From: Gammaproteobacteria bacterium
Lineage (GTDB): Bacteria > Bacteroidota > Bacteroidia > Flavobacteriales_D > Sanyastnellaceae
Assembly: GCA_047615865.1 (NCBI GenBank)
Contig: JBLHIB010000028.1
Coordinates: 1 to 31,653, forward strand
DNA: 31,653 bases
Reading direction: 5' to 3'
Part shown: one piece after another, positions 24,977-31,653 of the stretch
How positions within the stretch are numbered: the stretch's first letter is position 1
How the letters are laid out: every line of letters begins with the position of its first letter
Notes under the pieces: model-generated
Database searches by the model: none
What the model was told of the DNA's origin: nothing
The model's input: the letters and a program-made list of their open reading frames with translations, nothing else
Made by a program: the position numbers and the translations under genes

Positions 24977-25354
24977 TTACTCTTTAATCCAGTTCTTTGC
25001 AGAATCGAAATCGGAAAATAGTTTGAGGGGGACGCTTGCTTTGTTCAAGCCAACTAAAACATTTTCTATCATCCTGCTTATTAGGTCCCTCACCAATATG
25101 GCTATCACTTCGATTCGATCTTCCATATCCCTATCAGTTAAAGCTTTCCTTGAATCTTCATCGACTTGTTTTACACCTATCAAATCAACAATTAGCCTCA
25201 ATTTAACATTTTTACTAAGCTCTGCGTATGCTTTTCTAGTCTTCTCCACTTTACTATAATCCATTCGCACTCCATCAGAGAAATTCACTAAGAACAATGG
25301 AAATTCAATTTCTTCGATTTTTAAGAACGAAACGGATGCGGAGACATGGTCCAT
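24977..25354 (-). CDS. Small protein with a STAS/SpoIIAA-like fold, first gene of the kinase operon. The assignment is tentative.
   Basis: The 125-aa product has alternating beta/alpha character. A segment (LRLIVDLIGVKQVDEDSRKAL...FDSAKNWIKE) resembles SpoIIAA-like/STAS domain proteins. A 12-nt gap separates it from the kinase start. Confidence 0.4.
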   Translation of the reverse strand: MDHVSASVSFLKIEEIEFPLFLVNFSDGVRMDYSKVEKTRKAYAELSKNVKLRLIVDLIGVKQVDEDSRKALTDRDMEDRIEVIAILVRDLISRMIENVLVGLNKASVPLKLFSDFDSAKNWIKE

Positions 25355-25454
25355 TTATCAGTTTTTTAGCTCGAAATGTTTTGGCGTAACTATTGATAAC
25401 CAATCGTACCTTCGTAAAGGTAAATAAATCACTTCGGAAATAACGCCGTGGAAC

Positions 25455-26357
25455 ATGATGAAATCAAATGTTTTAAGCTTTTTACTGCTAGTTATCGTCT
25501 CTAGCTTGACAGCTCAAACAAGCAGTCATTCATATTATCATGTAAATGAGACCTCTCTGGAGTTAGATATCTATAAGTCCCTTTCTGATTCTGCTCCACT
25601 AATTATTTTCGTGCACGGCGGAGGTTTCATAGGTGGAAGTAAGAAACACAAATTGTACAGCTCATTTTTCAAGCAACTCAACGCGAGCGGAATTGACGTT
25701 GTCTCTATTGACTATTCAAAGCCACTCCTAGGTCAGAAGTTTCACTGTGATCAAACTTCGGCCAACAAATTAATGGCCTTTGGATATGCAGCAAGAGATA
25801 TTCGACGTGCCACCAATTGGCTTTTGAGCAATGCTGGAAGGATAGGGATTTCCTCTTCAGACATGTGGCTTTGTGGATCAAGTGCTGGAGCTGAAGCATT
25901 GCTTTTTGAACTTTTTGGCAAACATGAACCCGGTGGGGATGAATTACCTGCTGATTTTTCATTCAGCGGATATATCTCATTGGCAGGAGCTGCTACAGAC
26001 TTGAACAAGATAAATACTTCCAATGCTATACCAGGACTATTGATACATGGATCTTGTGATGCCCTTGTCCCGCTTGGGACGGCTATTCACCATTATTGCC
26101 CCGAAGACCGCGCAGGAGCTCTTCTGCTCCATGGCCCTGAATCTATTGCCAACAAATATGATTCATTGGGAAAAGACTATCAGTTTATTCTTCACTGTGG
26201 TGCCAAACACTCAGTTGCTATTGAAGCTATGACTGATAACATCAAACAGATAGTGAAATTTGTTAAATCAGGTGGGATAGTTAAAAATAAACGTGTCGTT
26301 ATTGGAGACTCTCAAGACTGCTATTTTTCTGGTTCGGCTTCGTGCAATGACCACTAG
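25455..26357 (+). CDS. Secreted alpha/beta-hydrolase-fold esterase/lipase (carboxylesterase-like).
   Basis: A signal peptide is present. FVHGGGFIGGSK (oxyanion HGGG) and CGSSAGA (GxSxG variant) are present, with a C-terminal His in GAKHS. Confidence 0.75.
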   Translation: MMKSNVLSFLLLVIVSSLTAQTSSHSYYHVNETSLELDIYKSLSDSAPLIIFVHGGGFIGGSKKHKLYSSFFKQLNASGIDVVSIDYSKPLLGQKFHCDQTSANKLMAFGYAARDIRRATNWLLSNAGRIGISSSDMWLCGSSAGAEALLFELFGKHEPGGDELPADFSFSGYISLAGAATDLNKINTSNAIPGLLIHGSCDALVPLGTAIHHYCPEDRAGALLLHGPESIANKYDSLGKDYQFILHCGAKHSVAIEAMTDNIKQIVKFVKSGGIVKNKRVVIGDSQDCYFSGSASCNDH

Positions 26358-26953
26358 TCTATCCATTTCTTGACTCCGGCCCTAATTTCTGTGTCGAGAT
26401 GATTTTCTAAGGGGGGTATAGGACAGGAGTATTTGTGATTGTAGGCACAATATGGATTGTAGCAAACATTGAAATCGATTATCGGATTCTCAATTTCTTC
26501 CAAAGTAAAATCCAAATAACGTCCACCCCCGTATGACTCTCCGCCGCTTGTGATATCTGTGAACGGCAGAAACAAATAAACCTCTCCTGCAGCTATATAA
26601 CGAGGCTCCATATTCTGGTAAAGTGTAAGACGATACTTTTTCCCTTCCAATTCGAACTTCAACTTTCCGTATGGTTTGTAAACTGGAGTTCTCTTTGTAG
26701 ATGTCATCATCTTAAACTTTTTCCCAAACAGCTTCTTCCTAAACTTAGCCTCAACCCGGAACTTAGCATCGGCATCATAGAAGTGCACACCCGAAAAACC
26801 CTCTAAGTCTTCATCGGTTAGGATGCTTTGTTCATAATCAGAAAAGACCTTATTGATGCTATCCCGTTCCAATTGAATTAGCTCACCATAAGTTTGCGAA
26901 CAAGCGGGAAATGTCATCAGAATGACAAGAGAAGAAAGTAGTGATTTTTTCAT
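26354..26953 (-). CDS. DUF1684 family lipoprotein.
   Basis: The C-terminal motif CYNPYCAYNHKYSCPIPPLENHL matches the CAY...CP.PP.EN signature of DUF1684. Start is placed at the Met giving lipobox MKKSLLSSLVILMTFPAC. The track's 26992 start is a GTG extension. Confidence 0.7.
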   Translation of the reverse strand: MKKSLLSSLVILMTFPACSQTYGELIQLERDSINKVFSDYEQSILTDEDLEGFSGVHFYDADAKFRVEAKFRKKLFGKKFKMMTSTKRTPVYKPYGKLKFELEGKKYRLTLYQNMEPRYIAAGEVYLFLPFTDITSGGESYGGGRYLDFTLEEIENPIIDFNVCYNPYCAYNHKYSCPIPPLENHLDTEIRAGVKKWID

Positions 26954-26974
26954 AAAATTGTTGAATGACAAGCA

Positions 26975-26982
26975 CAAATATA
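26975..26982 (-). promoter_or_regulatory. Candidate -7 element (plus-strand CAAATATA, i.e. TATATTTG on the minus strand), 22 nt upstream of the DUF1684 start.
   Basis: The sequence matches the TAnnTTTG consensus on the minus strand. Confidence 0.25.
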
Positions 26983-27501
26983 ATTGAATCACTTCCTGTC
27001 ATCCTCATTTATTTACTTCGCTTTTCGCAGCCCCTTTGAATGAGTAATTTCTTGCGAAGGTTTCCACAAGAGTGAGCTTGAAGACAAAGTGTAGATCGCC
27101 AAAACACAAGTCGTCATGCCCCTTGAGCTATATTGCAGTGCTATTTATCCCTGAAATTACTTTTGTAAAAATTATTTGCACCTCTATCACTCTCTGTCTT
27201 TGTCTTGACTTTTTTGCCTCAACTGAAACTGAGCAAAACGACTTTTGGTTGGTGTTGGGCTGAGCCTAAGTTGTTCAAGAGTTTAATGCCGACTCAGCTT
27301 AAACCATATTATGTCTCTGCCTTTGAGCGAGCCCGCAAAACCATGGATACCGCTATTATGATTGAAGCGCTGATCTGTGCGGAAGAAACCCACATCAATT
27401 CGGGGCAATACATGATGGCCTTTCCAAAGGTAAATGAGGTCAATACGTCATTTCACCCCATTTCCTCAATAAAGTTGCACCAATTTCGAGAACCCATACC
27501 A

Positions 27502-28830
27502 CTATTCAGAGAATAATTGCAATGCTTCCAGCAAGGGATCGTTTTGATCTGAATTTATTGACAGACCAAAAGGCTCATATTGAAGCAAGCGGGTTTCAGA
27601 AGTCAGCTTCCAATAAAGTATTCCTTGAAGGTGAAATGAGCTATCTTTTTGACACGCTTCATGCAAAGCACTCAAGGCCATTGCGCGCTCGTTTAGATCG
27701 ACATCCTGTCGCCCCCAGACAATCAAAGAATCCACTTTATCTTTACTCAAAATCGAATATCCGAAACCCTCCCAAGGAGCCAATGAACATCCCTCTTTGT
27801 TTATGTATCCCAGCTCTGTAAAAATGACTGGTAGAGAATGGCCTATAATGGTCTTTTGAAAATCCGACATGCTTGACATATGGTCGCTCCATCGGTCACA
27901 TAGAATCTGTGGCTCCAAAGCCTCTCCAATCTCACGCAGTGGAAAATAAGCATTCACTCCTATGAAATCCAGAGCATCCCAAAATCCCACATGCTCATAA
28001 TTATCAAAATTTGCCGCATAAGAGATACGACCTGAAAACCTTTCCCGTGCATCCGCAATAATTTCGCGCCAGGAGCTATCCTTAATCTCTGCAGTCCGAT
28101 TGATCTCGGACAAGCTCCCATTGTCTTTCCCACGGCCCACAGATTCAGCCCAAAGCTTATTCTTCGCAGATTTATCAGCCAAAAAAACCTCAAGGTCATC
28201 GTAGTTACCATAGCCCCTCACCCAAAGGTCATTTGCGCGCAGTCGCTCTTCATATTGAATGTTCTTATCGATGAATTCTCGCTGCTTTTCCTCGTTGAAA
28301 TAATACTCTAAAAGCGGGGGCAAACCATCCACTTCAAGCGTCGAAGAAAGCTCTCTCAATTCACTGCCAATGCACAAAGCGTCGACTCCCATCTCTTCGG
28401 CTTTGACGGCCCATTTCTCAACAAAAATCGAATAATGATCGAACCACAAACCCAATAACGAATCGTTTTCAGGCATGATCATACCGTGCCACAAGAATTT
28501 ATTTTCCTCGAAATAGTGATCCAATAAAACACGTAAAATCAAGACAACCTTTAGCCCTTTTGCTTTGGCCGTTCGAATTTCGCTTTCAACGGCAACCTCC
28601 TCTTCATTCCACCAAATATTGTCACTATTCCAAATCCCTTGTCGAGCGTAAACAGTTGTTGAAACCGTGTTCATACCTACATCGGACAAACTGCTCACCC
28701 AACGCTCATGGTCTGCTTCATTGATCATTATCCCACCCAAATAGAATTCACTTTTGGCAGAATGGCTGCACGCCGAGGACAATGCCACGAGCGCACAAAT
28801 AGCGGTAAAATATTGAAAACAGTGCTTCAC
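27502..28830 (-). CDS. Lipoprotein with a TIM-barrel glycoside-hydrolase-like domain (clan GH-A-like). The exact family is undetermined.
   Basis: A lipoprotein signal is present (MKHCFQYFTAICALVALSSAC). Alternating beta-strand/helix spacing is seen, with candidate catalytic Glu in ALCIGSELRE and a nucleophile in FTELGY. Aromatic-rich W/Y content is typical of carbohydrate-active enzymes. Confidence 0.55.
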   Translation of the reverse strand: MKHCFQYFTAICALVALSSACSHSAKSEFYLGGIMINEADHERWVSSLSDVGMNTVSTTVYARQGIWNSDNIWWNEEEVAVESEIRTAKAKGLKVVLILRVLLDHYFEENKFLWHGMIMPENDSLLGLWFDHYSIFVEKWAVKAEEMGVDALCIGSELRELSSTLEVDGLPPLLEYYFNEEKQREFIDKNIQYEERLRANDLWVRGYGNYDDLEVFLADKSAKNKLWAESVGRGKDNGSLSEINRTAEIKDSSWREIIADARERFSGRISYAANFDNYEHVGFWDALDFIGVNAYFPLREIGEALEPQILCDRWSDHMSSMSDFQKTIIGHSLPVIFTELGYINKEGCSLAPWEGFGYSILSKDKVDSLIVWGRQDVDLNERAMALSALHEACQKDSSFHLQGILYWKLTSETRLLQYEPFGLSINSDQNDPLLEALQLFSE

Positions 28831-28949
28831 GGTTCAAATGTATATTCAATGAATGAAAACATCATCACGAACCCATCAACATTCGATCTTTGAGTATTTC
28901 AATTGTTTCCCATATTTTGTTTCTTCTTACATTTCTGCCAAAGAATAAA

Positions 28950-29534
28950 ATGAATTTCGATTTTCAAAAAGATATAGTTTTAGAGAATTCGCGGGTTCGG
29001 CTTCAAGTGTTAGATGAAGACTCTCGGCCTGGTTTGCTGAATATTGCGATCAATAATCCAGCTCTTCTAAGGTATTCGCCTAAAATGATCGGTACAGAAG
29101 TTGAATTCAATGATTACTTCAACGAATCTCTGCTTGCTCGCACGGCAGAGACTCGTTATGCTTTTTCGATTTTTGACAAATCGAACAATTCATACGCGGG
29201 CAGCACAAGTTTGGCGTTTGTTTCTAATAAAAATCGGAGATTGGAAATTGGATGGACATGGATAGGTGCTAAATTTCAAAGGAGTGGTTTGAACCGGAAT
29301 TGCAAGTTTGTATTGATGGAATATGTATTTGACCAACTTAAGTTTGAACGATTAGAGCTGAAGACAGATGCTCGGAACACGCAGTCCCGGTGCGCTATTG
29401 AGAAAATCGGCGGCAAATTTGAAGGCATATTAAGAAGTCACATTTTGATGTCTGACGGTCATCGAAGAGATACTGTTTACTACAGTATTTTGAAAGATGA
29501 ATGGCCCGATCTAAAGTCGCGCTTTCGCAAATAG
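28950..29534 (+). CDS. GNAT family N-acetyltransferase (RimL/Acetyltransf_3-like).
   Basis: The sequence LEIGWTWIGAKFQRSGLNRNCKFVLMEYVFDQLKFERLELKTDARNTQSRCAIEKIGGKFEGILRSH fits the GNAT motif A/B region. The start is moved to the ATG at 28950 (MNFDFQKD...). The track's N-terminal extension looks non-native. Confidence 0.75.
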   Translation: MNFDFQKDIVLENSRVRLQVLDEDSRPGLLNIAINNPALLRYSPKMIGTEVEFNDYFNESLLARTAETRYAFSIFDKSNNSYAGSTSLAFVSNKNRRLEIGWTWIGAKFQRSGLNRNCKFVLMEYVFDQLKFERLELKTDARNTQSRCAIEKIGGKFEGILRSHILMSDGHRRDTVYYSILKDEWPDLKSRFRK

Positions 29535-29616
29535 AACTGATGCCGTTAAAAATTGACATCTTTCGTGCATTTCACCGGCTAATTGAATTAGCTTTGCAGC
29601 TTGAAAAAACGACACA

Positions 29617-30069
29617 ATGAAACATCTTGAAATTCTTCCTGGTACTGGTTTAGGCGAAATTCGCTTTGGAATGACGCGTGAAGAGGTAGCTGGCCTTATG
29701 GGTGATCCTGCTGAAGTTGACGTATTCGAGGACGATGAGCCTGGAAACCAAGTTGAATCATGGCATTATGATGAGGCTGACGTTAGTTTTGCTTTTGAAG
29801 AAGCAGAGGAATGGAAACTTACTACCATGGCTGTGAGCTCGGAAGAGTACAAAATTGATGGCGTTGCTCTTATCGGTTTGTCAAAAGAGGCTGCATTCTC
29901 TCAGTTGGACAAAATGAATATTGACCGCAACTTCGATGAGGAGTCAGGACAAGATCTTCACTTTTCTAACGAAACTGGACTTAATTTCTGGATGGACGGT
30001 GACGTGCTTCGTGAAATTCAGTGGAGTGCTGAAATTGACGATGATGACAAGGTTATCTGGCCTTCATAA
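29617..30069 (+). CDS. Hypothetical acidic protein (150 aa) with no recognised family.
   Basis: The ORF is clean with good coding-like composition. The product is highly acidic (many D/E) with a C-terminal DDDDK. A possible TAGCTTTG -7 motif lies at 29589-29596. Confidence 0.5.
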   Translation: MKHLEILPGTGLGEIRFGMTREEVAGLMGDPAEVDVFEDDEPGNQVESWHYDEADVSFAFEEAEEWKLTTMAVSSEEYKIDGVALIGLSKEAAFSQLDKMNIDRNFDEESGQDLHFSNETGLNFWMDGDVLREIQWSAEIDDDDKVIWPS

Positions 30070-30205
30070 ACTGAATCCAATTATTTTTTTTTACGTATTT
30101 TCCGTGCTTGATGAACTTGATTTTCAACAAGATACTGAAACATGACTTAAGTTTTTCGTCATTGAGCCTCGGCCTTTTTCGAAAAAAAATTATATTCGTT
30201 CTCGC

Positions 30206-30751
30206 ATGATTAAATACGTCGCAATCCTTCGAGGAATTAATGTTGGTGGAAAGAATAAGATTCTCATGGACGATTTGGTTCAGCTCTTCGAGCAAATCGG
30301 TCATTCTAAGGTGGAAACTTATATCCAAAGTGGAAACGTCGTTTTCTCTAGCAAGTTCGCAGATGAACGACATCTTGAAACCATGATTGAAACAGCCATT
30401 AAAGAGCGATTTGGCTTTGAAGTGCCTGCTATGATACTATCTGAGACCAAATTGGAAAGGACTTTGAAGTACAATCCTTATCTAGAAAGGGATACAATAG
30501 ATGAAGATGCTCTTCATGCAACTTTCCTGAGATACGAGGCAGACCATGAACTTGTAAAGGAGTTTGAAACCCTGGACTATTCTCCAGATGAAACAATTGT
30601 GACAAATGATCTAGTCTACGTCTATTGCCCAAGTGGTTATGGTAAGACTAAATTCAATACCAGTTTTATTGAGCGCAAACTGAAAGCTCAAGCCACTACA
30701 CGCAATTGGAAATCAATTTGCGCTCTTCTTGACCTAGTTCGCAAGAACTAA
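30206..30751 (+). CDS. DUF1697 family protein.
   Basis: The N-terminus MIKYVAILRGINVGGKNKI matches the hallmark DUF1697 start (M..Y.ALLRGINVGG.NK.). Length is 181 aa. Confidence 0.75.
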   Translation: MIKYVAILRGINVGGKNKILMDDLVQLFEQIGHSKVETYIQSGNVVFSSKFADERHLETMIETAIKERFGFEVPAMILSETKLERTLKYNPYLERDTIDEDALHATFLRYEADHELVKEFETLDYSPDETIVTNDLVYVYCPSGYGKTKFNTSFIERKLKAQATTRNWKSICALLDLVRKN

Positions 30752-30808
30752 TCTAAGTGATTTGATTCACTGGATTACAAATACTGAATCACTTCTTGGT
30801 CTCTGCCA

Positions 30809-31054
30809 TTGCCTCTGGGGCATAAACTTCACACTATGAACAATAATATGGGCTCGATAGATCGAATCATTCGAGTTGTGCTGATTTTTATCCTAACAGG
30901 GTTATTTGTTACACGAACAGTCACTGGGATATGGGCCATCCTGACTATCTCATTGGGGTCATACTTGGTGCTTTCCAGTGTTTTAAATCGGTGTCCAATT
31001 TATGGCCGACTAGGAATTAGCACCAGTAAGAAAGAGGTCGACAAACCAAATTAA
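30809..31054 (+). CDS. DUF2892 (YgaP-like) small membrane protein.
   Basis: IDRIIRVVLIFILTGLFV...GIWAILTISLGSYLVLSSVLNRCPIYGRLGIST gives two TM helices and a conserved C-terminal CP.Y...G motif. Confidence 0.7.
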   Translation: MPLGHKLHTMNNNMGSIDRIIRVVLIFILTGLFVTRTVTGIWAILTISLGSYLVLSSVLNRCPIYGRLGISTSKKEVDKPN

Positions 31055-31095
31055 AAGCGCAGCAAGAAATGAATCCGAATTCTAACTGCGCTTTT
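31053..31095. terminator. Possible bidirectional terminator between the convergent DUF2892 and ABC-F genes.
   Basis: A 10-bp stem (AAAAGCGCAG ... CTGCGCTTTT) encloses a long 23-nt loop, with A/T tracts on both sides. Confidence 0.35.
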
Positions 31096-31099
31096 AATC

Positions 31100-31653
31100 C
31101 TATTTAGTAAGTTTCTTGTACTTGATTCTTTGCGGTCCAGAATCACCCAATCGCTTTTTCTTGTTCTCCTCGTATTCCGAATACGTTCCTTCGAACCAAT
31201 GGACTTGAGAATCTCCTTCAAAGGCTAGTATATGCGTACATATTCTGTCCAAGAACCATCTATCGTGGGAGATAACTACTGCACAACCAGCAAATCCTTC
31301 AACGCCTTCCTCCAATGCACGGAGTGTGTTCACGTCGATATCATTGGTAGGCTCATCAAGTAAAAGCACATTGGCTTCAGTCTTGAGCGTCATGGCCAAG
31401 TGTAATCGGTTTCTTTCACCACCTGATAAAACTCCACATTTTTTCTGCTGATCAGAACCACTGAAGTTAAATCGACTCACATAAGCACGTGAGTTCATGG
31501 ACATGTTTCCGATCTGAATGATGTCATTGCCTCCTGTGAGGACTTCGTAAACCGTCTTTTCAGGATCGATATCGGCATGTCGTTGATCAACATAGCCAAT
31601 CTTTACTGTCTGACCAATCTCAACATCACCTCCGTCTGGCTGTTCTTCACCCA
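31100..31653 (-). CDS. ettA: ABC-F family ATPase, EttA-like (energy-dependent translational throttle), 3' portion. The gene continues beyond the window end.
   Basis: The minus-strand reading frame is open to the window edge. The sequence IQIGNMSMNSRAYVSRFNFSGSDQQKKCGVLSGGERNRLHLAMTL...LLLDEPTNDIDVNTLRALEEGVEGFAGCAVVISHDRWFLDRICTHILAFEGDSQVHWFEGTYSEYEENKKKRLG...RIKYKKL matches the EttA second-NBD signature/Walker B/H-loop and C-terminal tail. Confidence 0.85.
   Translation of the reverse strand, partial: GEEQPDGGDVEIGQTVKIGYVDQRHADIDPEKTVYEVLTGGNDIIQIGNMSMNSRAYVSRFNFSGSDQQKKCGVLSGGERNRLHLAMTLKTEANVLLLDEPTNDIDVNTLRALEEGVEGFAGCAVVISHDRWFLDRICTHILAFEGDSQVHWFEGTYSEYEENKKKRLGDSGPQRIKYKKLTK

Noticed and set aside
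26954-26992. GTG-initiated N-terminal extension of the DUF1684 ORF.
   Set aside because: The in-frame ATG at 26953 yields a canonical lipoprotein signal (MKKSLLSSLVILMTFPAC). The extension adds a hydrophobic MIQLYLCLSFNNF of doubtful function.
27205-27516. 103-aa plus-strand ORF in the long intergenic gap.
   Set aside because: It has no motifs, overlaps the 3' end of the GH-like gene, and has no obvious promoter or RBS context. It is kept only as part of the unexplained-gap finding.
28890-28949. N-terminal extension of the GNAT ORF.
   Set aside because: MSISIVSHILFLLTFLPKNK is not typical for a cytoplasmic GNAT. The ATG at 28950 starts right at the conserved domain.
28890-30069. GNAT acetyltransferase plus adjacent small acidic protein as a GNAT-type toxin-antitoxin pair.
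   Set aside because: Known GNAT toxin systems (TacT/KacT-like) have a small RHH/DUF1778 antitoxin upstream. Here the partner is downstream, 150 aa and very acidic, with no DNA-binding motif, and the GNAT looks like a RimL/Acetyltransf_3 type.
1-31653. Search for tRNA, rRNA, CRISPR repeats, transposase/integrase genes, or a compositionally distinct island.
   Set aside because: No tRNA-like GTTCGAATC/T-loop context was found. No repeat-spacer periodicity was seen and no transposase- or integrase-like ORF is present. Composition looks uniform by eye.

Overview
This window is a 31.6-kb chromosomal stretch from a T9SS-bearing Bacteroidota genome, probably a marine Flavobacteriia or Cytophagia-like organism with about 40% GC. 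Genes are densely packed on both strands and I see no rRNA, tRNA, CRISPR array or obvious mobile element.

- **Left end (1-5308):** four adjacent secreted proteins. Two tandem paralogs share a large domain but carry different C-terminal modules, a T9SS sorting domain on one and a dockerin-like module on the other. Next comes a beta-propeller-phytase-like protein with a T9SS CTD, then a Cys-rich-repeat protein with a T9SS CTD on the opposite strand. A degenerate extra CTD-like remnant lies just 3' of the Cys-rich gene in a shifted frame.
- **Middle:** mostly housekeeping and envelope genes. These are a ChaN/Tiki-like lipoprotein, a SIMPL protein, the nfeD-flotillin operon with strong flanking terminators, a cyclophilin, an overlapping lysophospholipase-like hydrolase / EEP-family gene pair, aroC, a DAACS-family symporter, a large AsmA-family protein, and a TPR/TolB-like/OmpA protein.
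- **Candidate unusual module:** a lipoprotein with a perfect 27-nt x3 tandem repeat encoding (HDHDHDEAG)x3 is divergently paired with a peroxiredoxin-fold protein lacking the peroxidatic Cys and ending in a polybasic tail. This pair may be a periplasmic metal-handling module.
- **Right end:** a STAS-like protein, a soluble multi-PAS histidine kinase and a REC-only response regulator form a three-gene signalling operon on the minus strand. It is followed by an esterase, a DUF1684 protein, a GH-A-like TIM-barrel lipoprotein, a GNAT acetyltransferase, an unknown acidic protein, DUF1697 and DUF2892 proteins, and the 3' part of an ABC-F (EttA-like) gene.

Several candidate Bacteroidota promoter motifs (-7 TAnnTTTG) were located by eye. 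All annotations are motif-based; no database search was run.
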